DNA of 64,000 nt from Pseudomonadota bacterium (GTDB taxonomy: Bacteria; Pseudomonadota; Gammaproteobacteria; Burkholderiales; Thiobacillaceae), in NCBI GenBank assembly GCA_030653935.1, contig JAURYL010000018.1, forward strand, positions 79,268-143,267, read 5' to 3'. Position 1 is the stretch's first letter, and every line of letters starts with the position of its first letter. Below the pieces are notes generated by a model. It made no database searches. It had not been told where the DNA came from and saw nothing but the letters and a program-made list of their open reading frames with translations. Shown piece by piece: positions 1 to 8,775 of this stretch. Position numbers and translations under genes: made by a program.

Positions 1-313
1 GCAAAGCGGTCCCCGCCAACAGCGGTGAAAGCTGGGGCAGCAGCAGGTCGTTCAGCCACTGCAAACCGCCGCCGAGGGTGAACGCCAGCAACAGGCCGGC
101 TTCCACCACCAGGTGCAGCAGACCCAGGCGCGCCTTGGCCAGGGTGTAATCGGCCGCCTTGTGGTGTTCCTCGACCGGAATACGGGCGGCGAACACCGCC
201 GGCGGCGATGCCCGGTGCTGCCAGACGTGACGAAGCTGGCGCAGCAGCAGCCACAGTTTCAGGCCGAAGGCGAGAATCAGGGCGGCAATAAAAATGCTTT
301 GAAATGAAGGCAT
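1..313 (-). CDS. M48 (Ste24/HtpX-like) family metallopeptidase, N-terminal membrane part; gene runs off the window
   Basis: Reverse-strand ATG at 311-313. My translation is [34 protein letters not shown]...[22 protein letters not shown], which resembles the Peptidase_M48 N-terminal domain usually found beside orn in betaproteobacteria. Not in the ORF track because it is open-ended. Confidence 0.55.
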   Translation of the reverse strand, partial: MPSFQSIFIAALILAFGLKLWLLLRQLRHVWQHRASPPAVFAARIPVEEHHKAADYTLAKARLGLLHLVVEAGLLLAFTLGGGLQWLNDLLLPQLSPLLAGTAL

Positions 314-388
314 GAGGCGTCTGTTCTACAGGTGGTGGGCGATTGTGCCACAATGCCCGCCCCTTACCCCGAGGCGCCGAAAGGAGCA

Positions 389-946
389 ATGCGCGTGGCA
401 CAAAACGATACCCATTTGGTCTGGATCGACATGGAAATGTCCGGACTTGAACCCGATAGCGACAGTATTTTGGAAGTGGCGCTGATCGTCACCGACAAGG
501 ATCTCAACCTGGTGGAAGAAGGCCCGGTGCTGGTGGTGCATCAAAGCGACGCGGTACTGGACGCGATGGACAACTGGAACAAAGGCACCCACGGCAAGTC
601 CGGTTTGATCGACAAGGTGAAGACTTCCACCCTGTCCGGCGCCGATGTGGAAGCTCAGATGATCGAATTCATGAAAAAGCACGTCGGCGAGCGCAAGTCA
701 CCCATGTGCGGCAATTCCATCTGTCAGGACCGTCGCTTTCTCGCCCGTCACATGCCCAAGCTGGAAGCCTATTTCCACTACCGCAACCTGGATGTCTCCA
801 CCTTGAAGGAACTGGCCGCGCGCTGGCGCCCGGAACTCAAGGACGGCTTCAAGAAGGCCAACAGCCATACCGCGCTGGCCGACATTCAGGAGTCGATTGA
901 AGAATTGAAGTACTACCGCGATCATTTCATTCGCATGAGCGCATAG
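389..946 (+). CDS. orn: oligoribonuclease
   Basis: ORF 332-946. [13 protein letters not shown]...ICQDRRFL...HTALADI are DEDDh exonuclease motifs. ATG at 389 follows an AAGGAG RBS and gives the typical length of about 185 aa. Confidence 0.9.
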   Translation: MRVAQNDTHLVWIDMEMSGLEPDSDSILEVALIVTDKDLNLVEEGPVLVVHQSDAVLDAMDNWNKGTHGKSGLIDKVKTSTLSGADVEAQMIEFMKKHVGERKSPMCGNSICQDRRFLARHMPKLEAYFHYRNLDVSTLKELAARWRPELKDGFKKANSHTALADIQESIEELKYYRDHFIRMSA

Positions 947-1004
947 ACCCGGCTACGGCGCCACGTTCGCGCCGTAACCCGTCACCCGGGACGAAAGGAA
1001 AACC

Positions 1005-3557
1005 ATGAGACCTGGCACCCCCTTCTCCATCGAAGTGAACCCCCGCATCCCGCGCCGCCTGGCGCGCCTGTCCGAGCTGGCGGAAAACCTCTGGTATGCC
1101 TGGGATCGCCCGACCCGCACCTTGTTCGCGCGCCTGCATCCCGGCCTCTGGGACGCGGTCAATCACAACCCCAAGGCCTTCCTCAAACGGGTGGACGAGG
1201 AACGTCTGACCGACGCCGCCGAAGACCATGTCTTCCTCGGCAGCTACAACCGCGTGCTGTCCTCGTTCGACACCTACATGAGCGAACCGCTCAAGCGCGA
1301 TCTGCCGCTGGAGCTGAAGCCGGGCGACCTGATCGCCTATTTCTGCGCGGAATTCGGCTTTCACGAAAGCTTCCCGGTGTATTCCGGCGGCCTCGGCATC
1401 CTTGCCGGCGACCATTGCAAGTCCGCCTCCGACATGCGTCTGCCCTTCGTGGCGGTGGGCCTGCTCTACCGCCAGGGCTACTTCCATCAACGCATCGACA
1501 ACGACGGCAACCAGATCGCCAACTACGCCGATTCCGATTTTGACGACCTGCCCATCCGCCCGGCGCTGACCGAGGATGGCGTCGAAATCCATGTGCTGAT
1601 CGAACTGCCCGGACGCACGCTGGAAGTGAAAGTCTGGGAAGCCCATGTCGGCCACGTCCGCCTTTACCTGCTCGACTCCGACCTTCCCTCGAACAGCCAG
1701 CAAGACCGCTACATCACCCACCAGCTCTACGGCGGCGACAAGCACACCCGCATCCAGCAGGAAATCGTGCTCGGCATTGGCGGCATGCGCGCTCTGGCCG
1801 CGCTCGACATCAAGCCCACCGCCTATCACATCAACGAAGGCCACGCCGCTTTCCTGGTGCTCGAACGCATTCGCCGCAAGGTGACCAACGGCCTGTCCTT
1901 TCATGCCGCGATGGAAGCGGTGGGCGCCTCCACGGTGTTCACCACCCATACCCCGGTGCCGGCCGGCCACGATCATTTCGCCGAAGACATGATCTGGGAC
2001 TATTTCAGCCACTGCTGCGCCGATCTCGGCATCTCGCGGGAAGAGTTCATGCGCCTGGGCGGCGCCGGCCACGGCCAGGACTTCAACATGACCCGCCTCG
2101 CCCTCAACGGCTCGCGCCACCACAACGGCGTCTCGCGCATCCACGGCGGTGTCTCCTCCAGCATCCTGGCGGATATGTGGCCACAGGTCGCCGAGAACGA
2201 ATCGCCGATGGACTACATCACCAACGGTGTCCACGTCGCCTCCTTCCTGGCGCAGGAATGGCAGGACATGTTCGACAACAAGCTGGGTTACGAATGGCGC
2301 CGGCGCATCTGCGAACCGGTTTTCTGGCGGCAGATCGAAGCCATACCCGACCACCTGTTCTGGTCGGTGCACCAGGGCCTGAAGGCGCAACTGCTCTATT
2401 CGGTGCGCTACCGCATCACCCAGCAACACCTGCGCAACCACGGTTCCGAGGCGCACCTGGAGCGCATGCTCAAGTTCGCCAACCCGCTCGACCCCAACGT
2501 CCTCACCATCGGCTTCGGCCGCCGCTTCGCCACCTACAAACGCGCCACCCTGATCTTCGAGAACATGGACTGGCTGCGTCAGATCATCAACGACCAGCAC
2601 CGCCCGGTGCTGTTCATCTACGCCGGCAAAGCGCACCCGGCGGACAAGCCCGGCCAGGAACTGATTCGCCGCATCCACGAGATTTCCCGGATGCCCGAGT
2701 TCGAGGGCAACTTCCTCATGGTCGAAGGCTACGACCTCGGCTTCGCGCGGCGCCTGGTCGCCGGCTGCGACGTCTGGCTCAACAACCCCATCTACCCGCT
2801 GGAAGCCTCTGGCACCTCCGGCATGAAGGCGGCGATGAACGGCGTCCTCAACCTCTCGGTCACCGACGGCTGGTGGGACGAAGGCTACCAACCGGGCAAC
2901 GGCTGGGCGATCAAGCCGGCACCCGAGTATTACGACGAAGCCCGGCGCAATCGCGAGGACAGCCAGACACTCTACGAACTGTTGCAGGATCAGGTCATCC
3001 CGCTCTACTACCGGCGCCAGGAACTGGGCTTCTCCGAGGAATGGGTGGACATGGCCAAGCGCTCCATTTCCACCTTGTTGCCCGCCTTCAATGCCACCCG
3101 CATGGTCATGGAGTACGCCAACAAGTTCTACGCGCCCGCCAGCCGGCAATGGCGCCGCTACTCGGAAGGCCACTTCGCCGCCGCGCAAGGGGTTGCCGCC
3201 TGGAAAGCCAAGGTGCGCGTCGCCTGGGACGGCGTCGCCCTGAACCGCATGGACGACCCGAAGAAGCGCATCAGCTTCGGCGAAAGCATGGAAATCCATG
3301 TCGCGGTCAATCTCAACGGACTCGCCCCCGAGGATGTCCGCGTCGAAGTGCTGCTCGGCCGCGCCTCCAAGAACGGCCAGGACAAGGACCTCGACGCGCT
3401 TCCCCTGGTGCCGGATGGCTGGAGCGGCCAGGAATGCATCTACAAGCTGGAAGTCACTCCGGAAATGTGCGGCCGCCTGCTCTACCGCGTCCGCGCCTAC
3501 CCGATGCACAGCCTGCTCACACACCCCTTCGAAATGGGGTTGATGGTATGGCTGTGA
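1005..3557 (+). CDS. alpha-glucan family phosphorylase (GlgP-like, maltodextrin-phosphorylase type)
   Basis: 850 aa. Motifs are GGLGILAGDH and EASGTSGMKAAMNGVLNLSVTDGWW, which carries the PLP-lysine. The architecture differs from the classical GT35 glgP at 19.7 kb. Confidence 0.9.
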   Translation: MRPGTPFSIEVNPRIPRRLARLSELAENLWYAWDRPTRTLFARLHPGLWDAVNHNPKAFLKRVDEERLTDAAEDHVFLGSYNRVLSSFDTYMSEPLKRDLPLELKPGDLIAYFCAEFGFHESFPVYSGGLGILAGDHCKSASDMRLPFVAVGLLYRQGYFHQRIDNDGNQIANYADSDFDDLPIRPALTEDGVEIHVLIELPGRTLEVKVWEAHVGHVRLYLLDSDLPSNSQQDRYITHQLYGGDKHTRIQQEIVLGIGGMRALAALDIKPTAYHINEGHAAFLVLERIRRKVTNGLSFHAAMEAVGASTVFTTHTPVPAGHDHFAEDMIWDYFSHCCADLGISREEFMRLGGAGHGQDFNMTRLALNGSRHHNGVSRIHGGVSSSILADMWPQVAENESPMDYITNGVHVASFLAQEWQDMFDNKLGYEWRRRICEPVFWRQIEAIPDHLFWSVHQGLKAQLLYSVRYRITQQHLRNHGSEAHLERMLKFANPLDPNVLTIGFGRRFATYKRATLIFENMDWLRQIINDQHRPVLFIYAGKAHPADKPGQELIRRIHEISRMPEFEGNFLMVEGYDLGFARRLVAGCDVWLNNPIYPLEASGTSGMKAAMNGVLNLSVTDGWWDEGYQPGNGWAIKPAPEYYDEARRNREDSQTLYELLQDQVIPLYYRRQELGFSEEWVDMAKRSISTLLPAFNATRMVMEYANKFYAPASRQWRRYSEGHFAAAQGVAAWKAKVRVAWDGVALNRMDDPKKRISFGESMEIHVAVNLNGLAPEDVRVEVLLGRASKNGQDKDLDALPLVPDGWSGQECIYKLEVTPEMCGRLLYRVRAYPMHSLLTHPFEMGLMVWL

Positions 3558-3564
3558 CAACAGC

Positions 3565-3635
3565 GGCAAGGGCCAAGGTTCAAGGGGCAGGGGACAACCC
3601 GGCGTTTCCTTGCCCCTTGAACCTTGCCCCTTGAA
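3565..3635. repeat. palindromic CAAGGGGCAAGG-type hairpin repeat, copy 1
   Basis: The arms ccaaggttcaaggggcagggga and tccttgccccttgaaccttg are near-perfect complements. A related copy lies at 38482-38562, and both copies end in ccttgccccttgaat. Confidence 0.7.
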
Positions 3636-3638
3636 TCC

Positions 3639-4016
3639 ATGTCCGCCTTCCTCGCCATCGGACTCGGTGCCACGCTTGGCGCCTGGTTGCGCTGGGGGCT
3701 GGGCTTGTGGCTCAACCCTAAATTCGCGGTGCTGCCCTACGGCACCCTGGCCGCGAATCTGCTAGGCGGCTACCTGATCGGCGTCGCCATCGCCTATTTC
3801 GCGCAACATCCCGGCTTGTCGCCGGAGTGGCGCCTGTTCGCCATCACCGGGTTTCTCGGCGCGCTGACCACTTTCTCCACCTTCTCCGCCGAAATCTTCA
3901 CCCTCATCGGTCGCGGCCAGTTGGCCTGGGCACTCGGCACCGCGTCCGCGCATCTGTTCGGCTCCCTGGCCTGCACCGCGCTCGGCGTGTGGAGCTACAG
4001 CCAGTTTCGGGGTTGA
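3639..4016 (+). CDS. crcB: fluoride ion channel CrcB/FluC
   Basis: MSAFLAIGLGATLGAWLRW...GALTTFSTFS is a typical CrcB signature. The protein is about 125 aa with four TM segments. Confidence 0.85.
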   Translation: MSAFLAIGLGATLGAWLRWGLGLWLNPKFAVLPYGTLAANLLGGYLIGVAIAYFAQHPGLSPEWRLFAITGFLGALTTFSTFSAEIFTLIGRGQLAWALGTASAHLFGSLACTALGVWSYSQFRG

Positions 4017-4057
4017 CGTCCATTCGGCCCGCCAGCGGGCCACTCGCGGAGATCGCC

Positions 4058-4372
4058 ATGCAGACCACACACCTACGCTTTTACGTCCGGGAAGGCATGA
4101 AACATGAACACCAGCCGCTGCGCGACTGGCTGTTCGACACCGCGCGAGAACTCGGCATCCCCGGCGGCACGGTATTTCGCGCCGCCGCCGGCTACGGCCG
4201 CCACGGCCTGCATGAGGATCACTTCTTCGAACTGGCGGGCGAACTTCCGGAAACCGTGGAATTCTTCGCCGAGTCCGACACCGTCAACACCCTGATCGAA
4301 AAAGTAGGCAAGGCGGGCCTGCGCCTGATCTACATCACACAGCCGGTAAGCGCCGGCGTCACAGGCACATGA
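4058..4372 (+). CDS. DUF190 domain protein (commonly crcB-associated)
   Basis: ATG at 4058 lies inside ORF 3827-4372. LRFYVREGMKHEHQPLRDWLFDTARELGIPGGTVFRAAAGYG matches the DUF190 pattern. Its stop overlaps the next start as ATGA. Confidence 0.75.
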   Translation: MQTTHLRFYVREGMKHEHQPLRDWLFDTARELGIPGGTVFRAAAGYGRHGLHEDHFFELAGELPETVEFFAESDTVNTLIEKVGKAGLRLIYITQPVSAGVTGT

Positions 4373-5133
4373 CCCTCGCCGATGGCGGCGATCACCTCCT
4401 CCTGTTCATCGCGGCGCTGGTCGCCAATGGCTTTTCCGCGCTCTCGGGCGGCGGCGCCGGGCTGATCCAGTTCCCCATGCTGATCTTCCTCGGCCTGCCT
4501 TTCGGCGTCGCCCTCGCCACCCACAAGGTCGCCACCGTGTTCCTCGGCCTTGGCGCCACCATCAGACACTGGAAGGAAAGCCATCTGGAGCGGCGCTTCA
4601 CCCTGGCGGTACTGGGCGCCGGCGTGCCCGGCGTCATCCTCGGCGCCGCCACCATCCTCCACGTACCGGAACGCGCCGCCACCCTGGCGCTGGGCGGCCT
4701 GACCCTGGGGCTGGGACTCTATTCCCTGTTCAAACCCAAGCTGGGCATGGAGTTTCAACCGCGCAACCGCGGAGGCCGGGGCCTGGCCATCGGCATGGCC
4801 GGCCTGTTCTGCATCGGCTTTCTCAACGGCTCCATCACCTCCGGCACCGGCCTGTTCCTCACCCTCTGGCTGATCCGCCACTTCGGCATGGACTACAAAC
4901 ACGCGCTGGCCTACACCTTCATCCTCGGCGGCCTGTTCTGGAACGGCAGCGGCGCCCTGGTGCTGGGCGTGCTCGGAAACATCGCCTGGGACTGGTTACC
5001 CGCCTTGCTCGCGGGCGCGCTGCTCGGCGGCTACCTCGGCAGCCACCTGGCAATCACCCGAGGCAACCTCTGGATCAAACGCGCCTTCGAAATAACCACC
5101 ATCGTTATCGGATTGAAACTGCTGCTTGGATGA
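4369..5133 (+). CDS. TauE/SafE (DUF81) family sulfite/anion exporter
   Basis: 254 aa polytopic membrane protein with the glycine-rich helices typical of DUF81. Confidence 0.8.
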   Translation: MTLADGGDHLLLFIAALVANGFSALSGGGAGLIQFPMLIFLGLPFGVALATHKVATVFLGLGATIRHWKESHLERRFTLAVLGAGVPGVILGAATILHVPERAATLALGGLTLGLGLYSLFKPKLGMEFQPRNRGGRGLAIGMAGLFCIGFLNGSITSGTGLFLTLWLIRHFGMDYKHALAYTFILGGLFWNGSGALVLGVLGNIAWDWLPALLAGALLGGYLGSHLAITRGNLWIKRAFEITTIVIGLKLLLG

Positions 5134-5144
5134 GCGGCTGTGGG

Positions 5145-5240
5145 TCACCTCGAAAAAACCTGATGCGTCGTTTCCGCGAAGGCGGGAACCCAGTGGAATC
5201 AACACGCTAGACTCCCACCTTCGCGGGCATGACGGAATAA
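5145..5240. repeat. dRS3/NIME-like inverted REP pair (ATTCCCGCGNNNGCGGGAAT type)
   Basis: cgtcgtttccgcgaaggcgggaacccagtggaatcaacac...ctcccaccttcgcgggcatgacgg. Related pairs lie at 15111-15197 and 16410-16499. Confidence 0.7.
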
Positions 5241-5304
5241 ATCAGCGCGTCCCTAGTCGTCACTCACGTTGAAACGCGAGGATAGGAGCGCGCCCAAACC
5301 GGAC

Positions 5305-5391
5305 GTAGGGTGTGGTGAGCGCAGCGAACCGCACCACGCAACGCAACGCGGCCATGCTTGGTGCGGTTCACCGCGCTCACCACCTTCTACG
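5305..5391. repeat. palindromic REP (GTAGGrTGTGGTGAGC...GCGAACCGCA type)
   Basis: gtagggtgtggtgagcgcagcgaaccgcacc ... ggtgcggttcaccgcgctcaccaccttctac. The same family occurs at 19650-19695 and inside pgeF at 36342-36409. Confidence 0.7.
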
Positions 5392-5532
5392 AACCATCCT
5401 TTCGATTCATGGGGGCCTCAAAAAAACGGCTCTATGTGAATCGTGGTGGGTAACGCGTAGCCGTAGGGGCGGGTTTCAAACCCGCCCCTACGCGCGATGC
5501 AACGGTGGTTATCGCGGGCAAGCCCGCACCCA

Positions 5533-7457
5533 GTGCGCCCGTGAAGGCGCACACACAGCACGGTGTAAGTCCGTGTCGGGGTAAGCCAAGGCCCCGTAGC
5601 TGAAGGTAACTGCGTCGCTGCGAAGCGGGGTGGAGAGCAACCGGAAGCGAACTGGCGGTCCGCAGTAAAGCGAACTCGATTCGGCGGGGCATGGCGGCGA
5701 GCTTGCTAGGAGAGGGCGAAGCCTGAAACGCACCGGATACGCTGGTAATGGCGTGTAAAGCGATATCCGGGCCATCCACGTGGTTGGAGGCGGAACGTTG
5801 GGAAGTGTGTGCGAGATAAGCGGGGAGACCTGTCGTCGAGGTGACGGCGGCAGGAGTCAGAGCCTTTGTAGTACCGAAAGACGGAGAAAGGAAGCCATGG
5901 CACAAACCGAGGGAAACCGGAGTTCGAGAGCAGGGGTGCATACCCCGCCTACCGCTTGCCCTGCCCGTCTGGAAAGCACGGAAAGCAAAACCGTGCCGAG
6001 GGAAGGGAGGCAGGAAGGTGGAAGTGCGACGACTGGAAAGAGGCAAAGCGCAAGCGAAGCATCGGCAGTGCCCGCAAGGGCTAAGCAAGAAGCAGAAGCC
6101 CGGCCCCGAGACTGGAGCTGGGTGGAAACCACGATCTGGACGGAGCGCATGTTGGCGGCGCTGGGAAACGGCGTCAAAGGAAGCAAATGGTTCAGCCTCA
6201 TCGACAAAGTAGCGCGAGCCGACACGCTGCGTCTGGCCTGGGAGCAAGTTGCCCGGAATCGGGGCGCGGCGGGGGTGGATGGGCAAAGCGTGGAGAAATT
6301 TGCCGCGCGAGCCGAGACCTACCTGGATGAACTGGAACAAGCCTTGAAGCAAGGGCGATACCGGCCGATGCCGGTCAAGCGAGTGGAAATTCCCAAAGGG
6401 CCGGGTCAAACCCGCCCGTTGGGCATTCCGGCGGTCAAAGACCGCATCGTGCAGACTGCGCTGAAGCGGGTGATTGAACCGATCTTCGAGAACGAGTTCC
6501 ACGACACCAGTTATGGGTTCCGCCCTGGACGGGGATGCAAGGATGCCCTGAGGGAAGTGGATTGGCATCTCAAGGCGGGCTACACCCACGTGGTGGACGC
6601 CGACCTCAAAAGCTACTTCGACAGCATCCCCCACGACCGGTTGCTGACGCGGGTGGAAGAACGAATCAGCGACGGGCGCGTCCTTGACCTGATCCGTGCC
6701 TACCTGAGCCAGGACGTGATGCACGGCCTGGAACGCTGGACACCGACGGGGGGTACGCCGCAAGGCGCGGTCATCAGCCCGTTGCTGGCGAACCTCTACC
6801 TGCATCCGCTGGACACCCTGATGGCGGCGAAGGGCTACCGGATGGTTCGGTACGCCGACGACTTTGTCGTTCTGAGCCGGACGGCGGAAGAAGCGGAAGC
6901 GGCCCTGGTGGAAGTACGCGCCTGGGTGGAAGCCAACGGCCTCACCCTGCACCCGGACAAGACCCGAACCGGGAATTGCCTGGACGCGGGGCAAGGCTTC
7001 GACTTCCTGGGCTACCGCTTCGAGGCGGGCCGGCGCTGGGTGCGCAAGAAGAGCCTGAAAGCCGTGAAGGACAAGCTGCGGAGCAAGACGGGCCGCAAGC
7101 GAGGAGTCAGCCTCAAGAGCATCATCGAGGAACTCAATCCGATCCTGCGGGGCTGGTTTGGCTACTTCAAACATGCGCATAGAACGGTGTTCAAGGTGCT
7201 GGATGGCCTCATCCGCCGCCGCCTGCGGGCGCTGCTGCGCAAGCGGGAGAAACGGCCGGGATTCGGGCGCTGTCATGCGGATCATAGCCGTTGGCCAAAT
7301 GCTTTCTTCGCGGAACAAGGGCTCTTCACCTTGGTTGGAGCCCATGCCAAAGCGAGCCAATCACGATGCTGAAACCACCAACTGGAGAGCCGTATGCGGG
7401 AGAACCGCACGTACGGTTCGGAGGGAGGGGAGGGCGTTAGTCTTTCCCTACCCCTAT
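5533..7457 (+). mobile_element. bacterial group II intron, full length and ORF-containing
   Basis: 5' GTGCG at 5533. Domain V GAGCCGTATGCGGGAGAACCGCACGTACGGTTC at 7387-7419 has the AGC triad and a 3'-side dinucleotide bulge. A domain VI-like helix GGGGAGGG/CCCTaCCCC has a bulged A near 7450, followed by ...TAT. An internal RT/maturase ORF is present. The 3' boundary is uncertain by a few nt. Confidence 0.85.
5897..7372 (+). CDS. group II intron reverse transcriptase/maturase (no HNH endonuclease domain seen)
   Basis: RT motifs are RVEIPKGPGQTRPLGIPAVKDRIVQ, SYGFRPGRGCKDA and YADDFVVL. The maturase X region is LNPILRGWFGYF. ATG at 5897 is in frame with ORF 5780-7372. Confidence 0.9.
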   Translation: MAQTEGNRSSRAGVHTPPTACPARLESTESKTVPREGRQEGGSATTGKRQSASEASAVPARAKQEAEARPRDWSWVETTIWTERMLAALGNGVKGSKWFSLIDKVARADTLRLAWEQVARNRGAAGVDGQSVEKFAARAETYLDELEQALKQGRYRPMPVKRVEIPKGPGQTRPLGIPAVKDRIVQTALKRVIEPIFENEFHDTSYGFRPGRGCKDALREVDWHLKAGYTHVVDADLKSYFDSIPHDRLLTRVEERISDGRVLDLIRAYLSQDVMHGLERWTPTGGTPQGAVISPLLANLYLHPLDTLMAAKGYRMVRYADDFVVLSRTAEEAEAALVEVRAWVEANGLTLHPDKTRTGNCLDAGQGFDFLGYRFEAGRRWVRKKSLKAVKDKLRSKTGRKRGVSLKSIIEELNPILRGWFGYFKHAHRTVFKVLDGLIRRRLRALLRKREKRPGFGRCHADHSRWPNAFFAEQGLFTLVGAHAKASQSRC

Positions 7458-7758
7458 CGCTACCACCGCCGGCATGTAGGTGGTCGGCGTGACCTGCTGA
7501 CCCACCGCATTTCATACAGAGCCCTTTTTCTCCCGCCGACAACCCTGACGAATCCTTCGTAGACGGCTTCGCCGATAGATATGGTCATCCGTTTTTGCAT
7601 GGTCAGCTCCAATGCGTATTGCATCTATGCGCTAGGTCGCATCGACAAAACATGCAACTACGGATGCCCGACAGCCAGCTTCACCGCGCGCGGCAGCGGC
7701 AATCCGAACAGTCTTGTCTGATTCTGGGGTCAGCTCACGAAACGGAAAAAAACGTACG

Positions 7759-8196
7759 CTAAGCTTTTTGATCCTCGGGACTGTTCCAGGGGTTGATGGT
7801 TAGAACACCGGTCGGCTCAAAATCGGCGATGTTGCGCGTTACGACTGTCATGCCGTGGACAAGCGCTGTTGCGGCGATGAGCCCATCACGCACTGGCCGA
7901 GGATTGGGCACATGGAGTTGCGCGCTACGCAACGCAACGGCCGTGTCGACCGAGAGGATGCGGCCAGCGAAGGAGGGCTGGACATGATCATTCATCCACG
8001 CCCTGAATACCGCTCCCTGCGCGTGGTCGCGTCGTTCGGCCAGCAACACGCCAATCTCAAGCTCCTGAATGGTGATGACGGAGAGATACAAATCGGCGGT
8101 ATCCACACTATCGGCCCAGACCGTGACGTTGCCATCCGCTTTGCCGAGGCGGATTTTTCGCAACTCCGACACGACATTGGTGTCGAGCAGGTACAT
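7759..8196 (-). CDS. vapC: type II toxin VapC (PIN-domain ribonuclease)
   Basis: MYLLDTNVVSELRK... is a PIN N-terminal acidic motif. 145 aa, and its start overlaps the stop of the upstream antitoxin. Confidence 0.9.
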   Translation of the reverse strand: MYLLDTNVVSELRKIRLGKADGNVTVWADSVDTADLYLSVITIQELEIGVLLAERRDHAQGAVFRAWMNDHVQPSFAGRILSVDTAVALRSAQLHVPNPRPVRDGLIAATALVHGMTVVTRNIADFEPTGVLTINPWNSPEDQKA

Positions 8197-8450
8197 CAGG
8201 AGAAATCAGCCGGTTGCGCAAGGTCGCGCGAGCGCGGAATTTCCAGTTCGATGTCTTCGATGCCGGGCATTGCCAGCAGGTCGGCAATCTTGCCGCGCTC
8301 GCCAGTGAGCTTTTTGTATTCCGCGAACGTCAGCAGCACATGCGCCGGACGGCCGCGATCCGTGATGATCACCGGCCCCGCCATTGCCGCCTTCTTGGCC
8401 TTGCTCGTATCCTGGTTGAACTGTCGACTGGAAAACGTGGTGATGCTCAT
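8196..8450 (-). CDS. type II antitoxin (Phd/YefM-like) paired with VapC
   Basis: 84 aa. FSSRQFNQDTSKAKKAA..GPVIITDRGRPAHVLLTFAEYKKL is a typical Phd/YefM N-terminus. One nt overlaps vapC. Confidence 0.85.
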   Translation of the reverse strand: MSITTFSSRQFNQDTSKAKKAAMAGPVIITDRGRPAHVLLTFAEYKKLTGERGKIADLLAMPGIEDIELEIPRSRDLAQPADFS

Positions 8451-8576
8451 GGCGGCTCCTGATACCCGCAGGCAATGTAGGCACGTTACATCATGCCAAT
8501 TTCACCGGCAAGGAAGCGCAGGGATTGTGGCCCCCGTTTTCAAGACACCCGATTAAGCCGCGCGATTGCATAAGGA

Positions 8577-8720
8577 ATGAAAGCGTGTAGCCCGGATGGA
8601 GCGACAGCGGAATCCGGGAGGGTTGGGTGGGCGCGCCGCCAAAACCCCCGGATTCCATTGCATTCCATCCGGGCTACGCAAAGATCAGGCCCACGAAGCA
8701 GGCGGGACGCCTGCGCTACA
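8577..8720. repeat. REP elements (GTAGCCCGGATG... palindrome plus a CAGGCGGGACGCCTGCGCTAC half-element)
   Basis: gtagcccggatggagcgacagcggaatccggg ... cccggattccattgcattccatccgggctac. The second motif recurs at 42310-42392, and the first family recurs at 19371-19537. Confidence 0.6.
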
Positions 8721-8775
8721 GGTTCTGAGCGGCACCACACCCCACGGCGTGTGCGGCTCGGTGAGCCGGGCCGGG

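Noticed and set aside
927-3569. 880-aa ORF on the minus strand covering the whole alpha-glucan phosphorylase gene
   Set aside because: This is a typical high-GC antisense shadow ORF. It is Arg/Ala/Gly/Val-rich with no motifs, whereas the plus-strand frame has clear phosphorylase signatures. The same reasoning applies to 2177-3634 (+) and other nested ORFs there.
3558-3638. Possible fluoride riboswitch (crcB motif) upstream of crcB
   Set aside because: I looked for the conserved crcB-motif core and pseudoknot segments and did not find them. The whole spacer is occupied by the CAAGGGGCAAGG hairpin repeat. An Rfam RF01734 scan would be the definitive check.
5432-7360. 642-aa minus-strand ORF inside the group II intron
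   Set aside because: It is antisense to the RT/maturase ORF, which carries YADD and maturase motifs, and it has no recognisable domains.
7158-7562. 134-aa ORF crossing the 3' end of the group II intron, and ORF 7282-7542 on the minus strand
   Set aside because: They span intron domains V and VI and the flanking lower-GC DNA. They have no RBS or motif and are most likely non-coding.
8460-8560. Possible VapB operator (ATGTAggcacgtTACAT) upstream of vapBC
   Set aside because: The arms are only 5 bp, it is a single occurrence and no second half-site is present. This is too weak to report as a feature.
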